A stretch of DNA of 64,000 nucleotides from contig NC_043003.1 in the NCBI RefSeq assembly GCF_006345805.1, forward strand, positions 114,514,001 to 114,578,000, given 5' to 3'. The stretch comes from Octopus sinensis (Eukaryota). Below are positions 38,892 to 52,300 of the stretch, piece by piece. The notes below the pieces were generated by a model. The model was not told the DNA's origin. It saw only the letters and a list, made by a program, of their open reading frames with translations, and ran no database searches. Numbering within the stretch: the first letter of the stretch is position 1; each line of letters opens with the position of its first letter. A program made the position numbers and the translations under genes.

Positions 38892-40157
38892 GCAATTACT
38901 GAGTAATGCCACTTGCTAGAAGAAGACGCTAAGCGGCTCTAAAACTACCTTATTTATCATATAGACACGGGCTGAAAGCTTGGGAATGAACAAAGACGCT
39001 TGAAAGAAACACAGAAGCGTATATTAAACCTCTCTTTTCCTGCAGATGAAGTTATCTCCCTTTTGGGTTATTCTTTGTCGAAGACTTTCCATTGTTATGT
39101 AAAGAAGCGACTTTTTCTCCTACAAGGAGTCGTTGCGCAAAATATTTTTATTGATGACTAAAATGTATGATTCGCAACAAAATTTATTTTGGGGCCCTTG
39201 AGTAAAATACAATCCATAGTAGCCCCAAAAAAGCAGAAGAGAAAAGAAAAGCGTATATTACACTCAACGCAGAACTGACCTGAAAATACAATAAATCTAC
39301 ATTCATTAGAGAGTTTAAAGTAGAGCAAGACTCCCCTCTGTAACGGTTGAAAGTGGGACAATTCATGCTGTCTTGCAAAATAAGAAGTCGGAACCAGTGT
39401 GTAACAACAATAAGCGAGAGAGAATCAGGATTAATTGCGATTTGTATACAGAGTATACAAGACATTCTGCCTATCGTGTGAACGACAGATAAGTGGCCAC
39501 AAAACTCATCAGGTGGTACACCACTTTTCTATTTCGCTCCTTCAGCAATTTATTCGACAAGTACAATAGAAAAACACCACCCACCACTACACACATGTAT
39601 ATACATATGCGCACTTACACACACACACACACACACAGTGACACATTGTAACACAGCACGTACTCATATATACGTCCACATTCATATATGTGCATGCATA
39701 TATATAAGTATGCATGTATTTGTGTATGTGTGTGAGTGGATGTGTGTGTGTGTATTTATGTACGTATATATGAATGTGTGTATGTACGTATGTGTTGAAC
39801 TTTCATTAATATAAAGCGTTGAGGGCGGAAAAGTGAATGCAATTCCTTTCAAAACCGCATCAGAAAAACCTGAAAGATGTTCCGATCGCGTGGGCCGACC
39901 ATCGTGTCAGCATTATAAACAACTGTCGTGACGACCCAGGAGGCCATCTTTCTTTCTAAGAAAGCGCGCAGGAAGTCTGCTCCTGAGGCAGAAATATATT
40001 TATCGCATAGTTATAAACAGATTTCATCGCACACATGCACGCAGACCCCTCACGCACATATATGCGTTTGTGTACATAGAATTGGTATACGCACACACAT
40101 ACAATCTTACATACAAATATATGTATATAATTTATCTTTTACTTGTGTTACTCATTC

Positions 40158-40578
40158 GGGCGCGGCTATGCTGGAGCACCGCCTTGAAGTATTTTTAATC
40201 ATATGAATCGACAACAGTATTTATTGTTTTAAAGTCTATTACATATTCCCTTTCGTTGAACTGCTACGTCACTAGGTCGTAAACATGCCAACACCCGTTG
40301 TCAAGCAGTGGTGGGAGATACGCTCACACACATATCTATCTATGTATATATATATCTATATATATATGTGTGTGTGTGTGCGTGTGTATGCGTGTGTGTG
40401 TATGTGTGTGTGTGTGTGTGTTGGATTTCTTTTAGTTTCCGTCTACCAAATCTACAAAGAAGACTTGGGTCAGCCCGAAACCATAGTCGAAGACATTTGC
40501 CGAAGGTGCCACATTGTGTGACAGCCCGGAACCATTATGTTGGGAAGCTAACTTCTTAACACACAGCCACACCTGCGC
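40158..40578 (-). mobile_element. Decayed family-B SINE
   Basis: GCTATGCTGGAGCACCGCC tail through CACACAGCCACACCTGCGC head in reverse orientation. Confidence 0.8.
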
Positions 40579-40717
40579 TTATGTATGCATACACATACTT
40601 ACTGTATACAGATACTGTATACACATACATATACATGGTAATATACACATGCATTCATACGCTTGTAGTAATTCAGAGTTGACTTATTTGTTATATTAAG
40701 TGTGTGTCTGAAATGCT

Positions 40718-40750
<33 letters not shown>

Positions 40751-41134
40751 ACACACTCACACACGCGCGCGCGCGCGCACATGCACACACACACACACAC
40801 ACATGATATATTCTTGGTTGCCCACAAATGCTTGAGACCTCGTGTCAAAAGCAGCAGCATGTCGCACCGAGGCAGATTTATGAAGCAGTGTTTGAAGTGG
40901 CGTTTGAGTACCAGCGTATCGACATAAATCTATTAAGTAAACTAACTGAAATTCCATTTAAGCAAAGGTTACTTAACATCCTTTAGAAACAGCGAAAAGT
41001 AAAATACCCCAAAATTGAAACTGTAAGAAGATGGCGAGGATTTTGACGTCAGCGAGAATGTTGTTGAAAAATCCAGAAGGAGCGTCAGTGCATGCAGGAG
41101 ATACTGGCATTGTATAGAAGAAAAGCACGTAATT

Positions 41135-41330
41135 CTAAGTAACGAGCGGAAACCAAGCTTCTATCTTGTCACAAAGACGGAGCCTTCCTCTTTCTGTATA
41201 CAAGAAAAAATATTCATACTCAGGCACTAGACACCATCGACATTGGATAAATATAAACTTTACTCGCTCAAGATATTTTTGTGACATCAGGACATTCTTC
41301 TTGTCTCTTCCAACAAATATAATCAACCTC
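41135..41330 (-). pseudogene. Possible RTE-type endonuclease C-terminal relic
   Basis: EVDY/IFVGRDKKNVL resembles the QVDYILVRRRD motif. Confidence 0.35.
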
Positions 41331-42033
41331 TTTGTCAGATCCTAGTGTTAAATTCAGTTTTCTATCTTTGTCCACCTCTTGATTTGCTTTCCTTCTCCCT
41401 TTCCTCCACACTCTCTGTTCTTCATTTCTCTTCCTGGCTTCATTTCTTCCCCTCTTCTCCTCAGCCATTCCACCACTCCCTTTACTCAGAATCTCGTTCT
41501 CTTCCTCTTAAAAATCATCCCCTCACCCCTTTATTTCTCTCACGCTGTCCTTCCTTCTTTTTCTCCTAGTATTTTTAGTGCATTTATGTGCATGCAATCA
41601 AGTCTATATTGTGTAACCGTGTACGCGCGCATGTGTATGTAGCAGTTGAGTTGGAAGCTGTGTTTATATGCATGTGCCTATGCGAATATATAAGTTTCAT
41701 CCGGTGTGTATATTGTATGCTGAATGAACAAAAATAAGAATGACACAAGTATAGAATAGAAACGTTCAAAAAGATACGTTTCTATTTGAAAAAAAATTTC
41801 ATTATAACGCGCGAAAGGGACTTTAACGTTTCGGATGCCAGTTAGTAAGGTGGGTAAAGCAAAAGAAAGAAAAACATTCAGAGGGCGGTTGGTAATACGC
41901 TCCCATATGAAGGAATTACGAAGAGATGGAAACTTTGGGTATAAGGAAGCATCCTTGTAGAAAGATTAGCATTGGGTGATTGACGGGCGGTTAGCTGTGT
42001 AATGTAGAAAGTATATATATATATATATATATA

Positions 42034-42226
42034 GACGCCATGATAGATCGTTAGCCACTACACACATTTTTTTCTCTCCGTGTTTTCTGAGTCCATTTCT
42101 GTAGAAGAGCGTAGGCTCGAAACGTAAAAGACTTTTTCTATTCCTGAGCGTTATACTAATACATCTGTTTGTTTTGTACGCCACCTGTCTTCGTCTTTTG
42201 CTGTCTTTTATTCGTAAACTCTCCCT
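42034..42226 (+). mobile_element. Approximately 190-bp non-autonomous element in (TA)n with a hammerhead-like motif (Penelope pLTR-like)
   Basis: Second copy at 62465-62662 (minus). Motif CTGTAGAA-GAGC-GTAG-GCTC-GAAAC-GTA at 42099-42126. Confidence 0.7.
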
Positions 42227-42230
42227 ATAG

Positions 42231-42333
<103 letters not shown>

Positions 42334-42353
42334 CTTATATATATATATATTAT

Positions 42354-42590
42354 GAAGGCGGCGAGGTGGCAGAATCGTTAGCACGTCGGGCGAAATGCTT
42401 AGCGGTATTTCGTCTGCCCTTACGTTGTGAGTTCAAGTTCCGCCGAGGTCGACTTTGCCTTTCATCCTTTCGGGGTCGATAAATTAAGTACCAGTTACGC
42501 ACTGGGGGGGTCGATGTAATCGACTTAATCCCTTTGTCTGTCCTTGTTTGTCCCCTCTATGTTTAGCCCCTTGTGGGCAATAAAGAAATA
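42354..42590 (+). mobile_element. Family-A tRNA-derived SINE with Tx1-like tail
   Basis: A box TGGCAGAATCG, B box GAGTTCAAG, CTTTGCCTTTCATCCTTTCGGGGTCGATAAA core, tail TTTAGCCCCTTGTGGGCAATAAAGAAATA. Confidence 0.92.
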
Positions 42591-42605
42591 TATATATATT
42601 TATGT

Positions 42606-42910
42606 GGAGGCGCAATGGCCCAGTGGTTAGGGCAGCGGACTCGCAGTCGCAGGATCGCGTCTTCGATTCCCAGACCGGGCGTTGTGAGTCTTTATTGAGC
42701 GAAAACACCTAAAAAGCTCCACGACGCTCTGGCAGGGGGTGATGATCTCTGCTGTACTCTTTCACCACTCTTTCTCCCACTCTTTCTTCTGTTGGCCTGC
42801 TTGCTTAGCCAGCGGGGTGGCGTCATTCGAAGGCTAAAACAATGCGAACGCATTGTGACCAGCGATGTGTAACAACATCTGATGGTCTGGTCGGTCACGT
42901 TATCACGTGA
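42606..42910 (+). mobile_element. Family-C SINE, tail type 2
   Basis: Head and body as 31263-31420, then a different 3' half ending TCACGTTATCACGTGA. Confidence 0.88.
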
Positions 42911-45303
42911 TATATATTTATATATATATACATACATATATATATATACATGTGTGTGTATATATATGTATATATATTTATATATGAATGTGTATGTAGG
43001 CATGGTGGTGCACATCTTTGTGTGCGTGCGTATGTGTGTGAGTTTGTGTCTAGATAAACAGTATACGATACAGTCTACAGCAGTAGACTGCCTACACGAA
43101 ATCGCAGAGTGAGCAATGCCTCCCGGATTGCCATGACAGTTGTTAAGTTGGTTGTCATAATACACTAAACACATGATTTGAAAACTGCGCCGAGCTTTTC
43201 TCAGAACTGCATTTTAGGCTAATAGTAATCACCCTTCTGTCTCACATCCACGAATCTACTCTAAATCGCCTCCGTCCGGCCAATCTATGAGAGACTTATT
43301 GGTGATTTCCCATCTCAGGACCCTTATAGACATTTATATACACACATCCATGAGTCCATTCATTCATCCATCCATGCATACATAAACACCCCCACACACA
43401 TATATATATATACATACACATATATACATACTATACATAAACACATACATATATATATACATACACACACACATATATATATACATACACATATATACAT
43501 ACTATGCACAAACACATACATACACACACACACACACACGCACACACACATATATATATATGACTGTATGTGCAAGCGTATGTATATATGCATTGCACAC
43601 TAATTGTGCAACACGTGGCTGGAAACTAGAAGATATTTTCATTGTATCTGATTTTCTTTTAGGTTTGTAATCTTACGGCAGTTGTTTACATTTCTAAAAG
43701 TATCTCTTTTGGTGAGACATCAAATCGTAAATAGAAACCGTTGAATCAGAAACTAGTCTCATTCCCCTGCATTGAATGACCTTGAACAATATTCTTTAAC
43801 AGATGTCATCATAATCACTGACGCTTTTCATTTGGAAGAATATTATGAATGTTTCTTTTGAGCTCCCTGTAAATGACTTCACTATTATTATTATTGTTGT
43901 TGTTGTTATGGTTATTATCATTTTTGGATGAGCTGAAAAGAATTCACATAATTCCGCTTTGTTATTTTGTGGTTTTACAAGTATTAAGTGATTTTTGAAT
44001 ACACCATGAAAAGAAGCTTCATAGTTATCTCACTTAATAGAAATTGTAAGTAAATATTTTTAGAAATGCTTTTTGTAAAGAATTTCTTTAATTTCGACAA
44101 ATTCAAAGTAAATAAAAATAGAAAAAACAAGGAAGAAATGGGAAGAAGAGAAATGGCTTGCTAATTGGTTTAAATATCAAGGTAGATTTGAGTGTCACAG
44201 AAGCTGATCGTTTGAATAAACGGGACAAGAAAAAGAAAAGGCAAAGAATTAAGAAGAAAACTGTAAAATGCAGAAAAATATAGAAGACATTGAAGGGTGG
44301 GGAGGCGTGTTGAAGCATAATAAAGTAGGGAAAGTGAAAAAGAAAGAGTGAGAATGGATGCAAATATAATGAATAATGGGGAGGAGGAGGAGGTATTGAA
44401 CACACGAAAAATACCATCAATTTTTCTTGAGTAAATTTTTGGAATTTTTATGCGAGATTATGGAAACAATTTTCTGTGGAATCTTTAGAAATTTAAATGG
44501 CAAAGTAAACAAAATGCCATGGAAACAAAATAAAGTTTAAATAAAATATACAAAAACTGTCGTATAATTCATATTCAATAATAACATTGTTAATAATAAA
44601 AATAATAATAGAATTTTTTGAAAATAATAACATTAATGATAATAAGAATAGTAATAATTAGTGAAGAATGTGGTGGATTGTAATTTTAAAAAATAAATTA
44701 ATTAGGTAATTTACAAGATAAGACATGACCATTAATAACTTTTAAAAGTAAACTACACCATTGAAACGTTTAATATGGAAGGATAATGAAACATGGTGGT
44801 GGTGGCGGTGAGGAGGAGATTGTCATGGTGACGGTGGTGATGCTGGAACAAACATAAAGGAAAAAGAAAAGAAAAAACCTGAACGAATTGAAAATTAACT
44901 GTTTGGAAACAAAATTAGGTAATTTGCAATTTAAGAGAAAGCCATTTAATTTTTTTTTTAAATAAACCATATAATTTGCAAGTGTAGTTAGGGACGGTAA
45001 TTGGCAAATAAATAAACCAGAAAAAGATAACAAAAAAACTAGAAACAATCGTGTTGTCTTCGAGTACCTACAGACTTTAGTTAAGTGCCAAAAAATTGCA
45101 ACCGTTATTCTTATTATTAATAAAAAGTATAGTGATCATAACAACAACAAAAGTAATAACTATAAAGACATAGTAGCAACAACAGCAACAATAATAATAG
45201 TAGTAGTAGTAGTAGTAAGTAGTAGTAGTAGTAGTAATGATGATGATGATAATAATAATGATAATAATAATAATAATAATGATGATGATAATAATAATAA
45301 TGA

Positions 45304-45350
<47 letters not shown>

Positions 45351-46510
45351 TAATAATAATAATAATAATAATAATGATAATAATAATAATAATAATAGTG
45401 GTTTTCGAAATAAATTTCAATGAGCTGCCTTGAATGAAATCCGGTGAGTAAGAGAAATGAAACAAATGTATTTAGTGAGTGGAAAAATGATATGCTGTAT
45501 TAATAAATGGATCATTGTAAGAGATTTAGGAAGTATTTCGTAAAAGACAGCCAATATGGGTATTGTTTAATGTATTTCACCGATAAACAGCAACAACAAA
45601 ATAAAGAACACAGAGTTAATATATAAAAAGAAAAGAAATGGAGGTTTAAACGGCAGTAATAAGAGAGGTGTGGGCAATATGTTGTTAGAGTTCCTCATCT
45701 AACTGACAATGTGAAGCAAACATTCGGTCTTGAAAAATTCTTCAGTTTATAGAGAAATCTCATTAGAATTCTTTTCTATCTTCTTTACAAAATTAGAAGA
45801 AAAATCACAAACCTCGGAAAAATTCAAGTAAAATATTAAATAAATGTTAGAATTTCGTTTTTGTAATTCCTTTATCGTTTCCTAGCATTAACGATTTTAC
45901 AAATTGATGTTCTTTTGAAATAGTTTAGTTTTAATTTTCTTATAAATATTATTTAATCTATTTGTGGTTGTTTAATTCTACAAATTCCAATGTTAGAAAA
46001 CAAAATATTTGCTAGCAGTGGTTTTTGTGATTTTCTTGTTTTGAAGCTGGTCATCATTTACGGGAAGGAATTCACAGCGCATTCAGGAAGTGACACAAGA
46101 TATAGCACGCGCACACACACACACACGCACGCACACATGCACTCACACTTGTATATGTATATAGACTAGAAACACTTGACAAGTCATAGTGGTGACATCA
46201 TGGCATAGGGCTAGTCTCAAAGATTTTTTAAAATAGCAAAGCGCAAACTCTTTCACGTTTGAGTTCGTTGATTTTCTCCAGAGAGAGGGAGAAAAAGAGG
46301 GAGAGAGTGAGAGTAGAAAATGAATGAACGCCACTCCTCAGGTCTCTACATGTACAGTAATTATATAATATCAGAGAGGTCTAGCAATAAAGATGTTATG
46401 CAAATTTGGAGAGTAAAAGACCAGACGGAACGAATTACGCAGGACTTTATATCCAATGCTGCCAGCTTGTCAATATGCGTGTATGTGTGTGTCCGTGCGT
46501 GTGTGTGTAA

Positions 46511-46740
46511 TATGTTTCTTTATTACCCACAAGGGGCTAAACACAGAGGGGACAAACAAGGACAGACAAATGGATTAAGTCGATTACATCTACCCCAGTA
46601 CGTAACTGGTACTTAATTTATCGACCCCGAAAGGATGAAAAGCAAAGTCGACCTCGGTGGAATTTGAACTCAGAACGTAACGGCAGACAAAATACGGCTA
46701 AGCATTTCGCCCGGCGTGCTAACGATTCTGCCAGCTCGCC
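46511..46740 (-). mobile_element. Family-A SINE with Tx1-like tail
   Basis: Full reverse-complement match to 42354-42590; ends AATAAAGAAACATA. Confidence 0.92.
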
Positions 46741-46949
46741 GGGCAAGACAGTGAAAAATTGGCATAAAATTGGTATCAACGATAATTACTCAGACCGGAA
46801 AATTATCAAAAATCCAACGCGGAATGAAGAGATGCAGCATTTGCAATCGAGAGTTGGTTGTAAGTGATGTATCATTCGAGTAAATAAAAGTATAAAAGAA
46901 CTGGAGATGGACAGGAACTAACGAAAAATATGAAATCTTATATAAAATA

Positions 46950-47720
46950 GTTATAGAAAATGTGTAAAAATATAAAGATTTATCAGAAAAAAAGATGTAG
47001 AATGTGAAGAGCAAGGCACCTGACGGGACCGAGAATTCCGGTAGTGTGATCGTATTGGTTCAAGTTGGGAATTACTGTACAGACCAATCAAGTAAGAGTG
47101 TGGAGAATGCGGATATATCTTTACAGCTGTTTTCAGGCTGTGGTGTTCGGTGAAAATATTGATATGTATTGTATATCCATATACATAAAGTAGATAAATG
47201 TTGACAAGTTTATATGAATCAGCACAAGTTTGAAGCATGTGAACAGCTTCATCCATCTTCAGAATGAAACAATAGACTAATAGAGTAGGGAAGGAAGTCA
47301 ATGGAAAAGCAGAAGAAAAAAATTGCAACCAAGTGGAAGTTTCCATGTACTTCTGGACTACCAAATTGTGGGTATGAATCGTTACTATATTTACTGTCAT
47401 GTTACTGCTTTTTTTAAAGCATTTCTTATGTTATTATATATCGAACCATTCAATCTATGTTCGTACTAGGTACGCTTCCTGCGTCTTGCTTACCTGCTTT
47501 GCTGAAGCCTATCAATTCTTAAACCAGTTTTCGACTGATTTTAATTGGTACCTTTTATTTCATAACTCCCGTACAAATTCATTTTTTGTTTCAATGCAGA
47601 GTAGTACGAAGACAAAAACTTTGAGAACACCTGAGACAATACAATGGAGCAACAAAAAGACTTCCATCTCTCATCAAAATTACTTAAGGTCGGATAAGTT
47701 TGAATTTATGAGGCAACAAT
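46950..47720 (-). pseudogene. Possible decayed Ty3/Gypsy RT-RNase H fragment
   Basis: IEWFDI..HKKCF, NALKKAVT and NIFTEHHSLK resemble the F.W...Q.AF..LK and F.VYTDH.SL motifs. Confidence 0.4.
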
Positions 47721-47912
47721 TAGTCTCGTAATGCACGTTGAGCCACAGAATTCCATTGCATTTATTCAAGGAGAAATACTGCCTAAAACAATTATCTTTC
47801 TACAAAGAAATATATACATGCGTGCGCGCATATATATGTATATATATATATATATCTATATATATATATATATTATATATATATATATATATATAATATA
47901 TATATATATATC

Positions 47913-47947
<35 letters not shown>

Positions 47948-48017
47948 TATATATATGTATATGTAAGTATATCGTTTGTTCTGCATGTATATATCTGTAT
48001 TTACGTACTCTTGATAT

Positions 48018-48076
48018 ATTCAACCGATGACGGTAAAGCTTATTTAAAGCAAAACCAGAAATCCTGGATCTTGAAT
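48018..48076 (+). ncRNA. Degenerate type I hammerhead motif
   Basis: Stem I ATTCAA/TTGAAT; core CCGATGA; stem II GGT/ACC with C-A at its base; GAAA; palindromic ATCCTGGAT; ATC site 48068-70. Confidence 0.55.
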
Positions 48077-48331
48077 TATTCAATAATTTTTGCTTGTATA
48101 TTTTGTCTATCTGTCTTGTCTCATGGTGCGACACGAACCCTTAACGTGGTTTTTATAGTCAGAGTTTCGACTGCTATTTCGGCATGTTGGTGTCTCTTAG
48201 ACACCCTCATTTTTAATTATATATTATATATATATATATATATATATCTAATGTAGGATAAAATTTTTCGAAAAACATTTTATCAATAGCCAGCATATTA
48301 AAAGATACCTTTAAAGGTTAAATTTATAAAT

Positions 48332-48528
48332 AACTTATAAAATAAGAGCAAAAGAAAGATTCTAATGCCAAATGTGCCGAAAATAGACAAATTGTCAATA
48401 GCCATTATGATTTATCACAATTAACATGAGACGCATGTTAATTGTGATAAATTATAATGGTTATTGACAATTGTCTATTTTCGGTATATTTGGCATTAGA
48501 ATTTTTCTTTACCCTTATTTTATAAGTT
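48332..48528. repeat. Near-perfect 197-bp palindrome (arms about 97 bp, 5-nt loop AGACG)
   Basis: Arms aligned by hand: 5 G-T, 2 A-C-type mismatches, 2 single-base bulges. Confidence 0.95.
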
Positions 48529-48537
48529 TTATATATA

Positions 48538-48599
<62 letters not shown>

Positions 48600-49626
48600 C
48601 ATTTCTTTTACACGAATAGTGCTGGTAGGAACTTCGAAGTTTCGGTCAGCTAACCATCATAAGATTGGGGTGCATTTGATTTCATCTTCGTGTTATACAC
48701 TCACTGGGAAGTCTGGGACTTCCCAGATTGACCTATATAAAGGATAATTAGATTATAGGTAGATTGTGATGGTGGTGGGTTACAGCAGTCCAGTATTCTA
48801 ACCTTGTAATCAGGTGTGTCAGCGATATATTATGGAGGTTTTAATATAGACAAATAGTTGCCGTGTGTTTTACGGAATCGCAGAAGAATGTAAGTTGGAG
48901 GAAAGGTTAATTGGTCAACAGATTTCTTTATTTGTTGGCGTTATTTGAACGCTGAAGGATTTAATGTGCTTCAGAGGTTTATTGGGTTTCATACACATTC
49001 GCAGTGCTACAGACATTACGACTTGAATCTAATAGAATTGACAAAATATTCGACGAATCTCATATACCATCTGATGGTGTATAAAATGTATATATAATTG
49101 CTATTAAATTAGTAATTATTGGTCTATAGATTGGAACAGCCGACGATCAATTATTCTTAGCAACATATTTCAACTGCATTGATGTGACTAGAATATGAGA
49201 GCACAAGTTGAAATGCTTCTAAACGATTTTTATTTCCATCAGTTTCTCGTCTGACTTTATTGTCGACGAAGAATCATTTTGGTCTTTCATCCATCTCACG
49301 GCAATCTTTTATATATGGACTTATTATGAACTGTGATGCACATAAAATATATTGTGAGTTCGCCAATAATACAGATATTGTAGAAACAATTATATGTATA
49401 TTATATATTACTAAGGAGAATGGAGTGAGCAATTCGTTTTTATTACATAATTTTACAAGTGTTGCATCGATATTTTATCCGGAGGATATTTCTGCATCAA
49501 TGTCATTATATAATATGCGTAACAAGACATTGCATCTGTATTATTATACTAATAGCGCAAAAATATCTACACCTTACTCTATTCCCCTTGATAATAATTA
49601 TGTAAACTCTACGGATATTGACGGAC

Positions 49627-49820
49627 TTACTCTCTCTTTTACTCTTTTACTTGTTTCAGTCATTTGACTGCGGCCATGCTGGAGCACCGCCTTTAGTCAA
49701 GGCATTGGTCGGCCCGGGGCTATAGCAGAAGACGCTTGCCCAAGATGCCACGCAGTGGGACTGAACCCGGAACCATGTGGTTGGTTAGCAAGCTACTTAC
49801 CACACAGCCACTCCTGCGCC
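49627..49820 (-). mobile_element. Internally deleted family-B SINE with a 26-bp tandem duplication at its 5' flank (49814-49864)
   Basis: Tail joined directly to the head region at CCTTTAGTC|AAGGCATTGG; CTGCGCCTCCTTGCAA(T)ATATATTAT occurs twice. Confidence 0.85.
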
Positions 49821-50099
49821 TCCTTGCAATATATATTATCTGCGCCTCCTTGCAAATATATTATCTGTAAAAATATCAGTTTTCGTTTTATACTTGTATC
49901 TGATAGCCGGAACCGATTGACAAGCTTAATAAAGCAAATTCCAAGGTTAAAACCCGAAAGAAAATCATATTATATATATTCTACAACTTTTGGGGCTTTT
50001 CAATGACGCGAACTTGCAGCTAGATACGTGCATCGTCAAGAATTCATCTCCCCGGATATTTATTGTGGTTTAAACATAGAACATCTATAAGATATATCC

Positions 50100-50880
50100 A
50101 AGGATATGTGCCGCGGTCACTGAAATATCAACAGTGTTTATACATTGAATATGAGACGCTTTCGTTCAAACCGAGAAGATCCGCGATGTCTTTTGTGGAT
50201 AGAAAGTTGGGAAAGAACGTGACATTTTTCGTAAAACTTGGGAAGTCTTCTACAGAGCCATTGAGGAGGGTTCGGTAAGCTTATGGTGACGAGGCAGTGG
50301 GTCGTACGAAAGGCTTCGAGAGCAGGGACGCTTCAAAAGCAGAAGAACATCCCTGGAAGACGACTAGCGTCCGTCACTGTTCGTGTGAAGAAAATTCATT
50401 AGCTTGTGTATGAAAATCATCGGAGGAGAGTCAATGATGTTTTGAAGCATTTGAGAGAGGACGTTCGGTGAAAGCGACTGGATCTGTGGAGCGTGAAGAA
50501 TTAGATTTTTCCCGACAAAAATGCACCCTGTCACCGAGCTTTCCTCACACGTGAGTTTCTCGACAAAACCGTGGTGTCGCTGCCTCACAAGCCCTATTCA
50601 CCAGATTTTGTACTCATCATTTATCTATGATGAAAATGCAGCCCAAATGTTGCCGATTTAACACCGCTGTCGATACCGGGATCGAATCGCAGAAGGTACT
50701 CGACCTCGACTCGCTTGCGGAGAACGACTTCCAAGGTGGATTCCAAAACTGGCGGAACGCTGGGAGCGGTGTATTGCCGTGCAAGGTAAATACCTAGAAG
50801 GAGATAATGTTAAAACTTAGGTAAATAAGCTATTTTTTTGTTAAACACTACTCAGTGAACGTTTTGATATCACCTCATAA
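50100..50880 (+). mobile_element. Decayed mariner
   Basis: NVTFFVKLGKSSTE/AYGDEAV, KNAPCHRAFLTREFL, LPHKPYSPDF; TIR-like end GAACGTTTTGATATCACCTCATA. Left boundary approximate. Confidence 0.78.
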
Positions 50881-51446
50881 ATAAATTATATTAATTTTGT
50901 CGGTTTAAGTGTGTGGGTGTGTGTTTATGTGTGTATATATGTGTGTGTGTGGATGTGTGTGGATGTGTGCGTGTGTGGATGCGTATACATCCTTCAGTCA
51001 GCTATCGCCATTAGAGAAACAAGAAACAAACTCAATTACAACCTGGTATCAAATACGATCGATGAACTTCTATGAATTATCGAAACTGAACTTGTTAATG
51101 TTGGCACCAAATCATCCAAACAAGAATGAATGGAATAATCTTTAATAACTTTCGCAACAATAAAAAGGTGAACTCTTTATTAAAAAACTTCATGATCAAA
51201 AACAAGACAGCCTCATCTACATCTCCATCTCTTTCTTTATTAATTTCTGTTGTACTTAACTATTTATTAAATTATCCTAAATTATTGAATTAGTTTATCT
51301 CATTGGGTACGTAGTTTTATTTTTTCATTAATTTCTTTTGACCGATATATTATTAATCTCGGTTGTAGATAATAGGATTGCTTGCAAGCTTAAATCCTCA
51401 AAATGTACATATGTGTATGTGTATGTGTGTGCGTGTATGTGCATGA

Positions 51447-51493
<47 letters not shown>

Positions 51494-52008
51494 AAATATA
51501 TAATTATAATTAGCGGTCAGCTAATTGCTTCACCACATACAGAATTTAGAAATAGGAGTTAAAAATTCCATTTCTAATACCGTAAGAATCTCCGCGGCAG
51601 TAACAACTTTTTACGTAGGCAAAGAGAAAAATAATTAATCAACACTACTTCGATTAGCCATATACGCGTTTCGAGAATAAAGTATTTAATTTACTTATTT
51701 CCCATCATCAGTGTATCATTTCCATTATAAAACTTTAAAGTGCCTAGGGTTAAATACGCACACGATGGAGCGACATCGTGCAAAAGATATCCAACCAACA
51801 CTACCAAAATTTACACGGACGAATGTGAATACATATTTATCCTTTGTACCCACGTGTAATTTACGAGCAGTACCGCAGAAAACTGCAGTATTTGACCAGG
51901 GAGTAAATTGTAATTTAATTTAAATTATATATATATATATATATATATGTAGGTACTTGTTTTTTTAAATTTTGTTTGCAGGATTCTTTATGCGAGTTCG
52001 TGTGTTGA

Positions 52009-52300
52009 AGCATATTTTGTTGTGTCTGGGGCGAGTCATTTTCTTTTAATGCCTTATTATTTAACACACTCACCGATAAAGGTTCCACTCATTTACTGAT
52101 TTATTTTTCCTAAAACTTTCGTTGCTTTTTGAAAACTTTTCAATAGTCTGCAACGCATTGAAAAGGTTGCAAGACACAACGAAAATTCTAGGGAAAATAA
52201 ATGTAAACGAGTAAAATGAGTGGCAACTTTACCAGTGAGTGTGTTAAATAATAAGGCACTAAAAGAGAATTACTCTCCCCAGACACAACATTATATGAGC
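52009..52300. mobile_element. Palindromic MITE/foldback-like element (arms about 140 bp)
   Basis: GTTGTGTCTGGGG...GCCTTATTATTTAACACACTCAC is mirrored by GTGAGTGTGTTAAATAATAAGGC...CCCCAGACACAAC. Confidence 0.85.
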
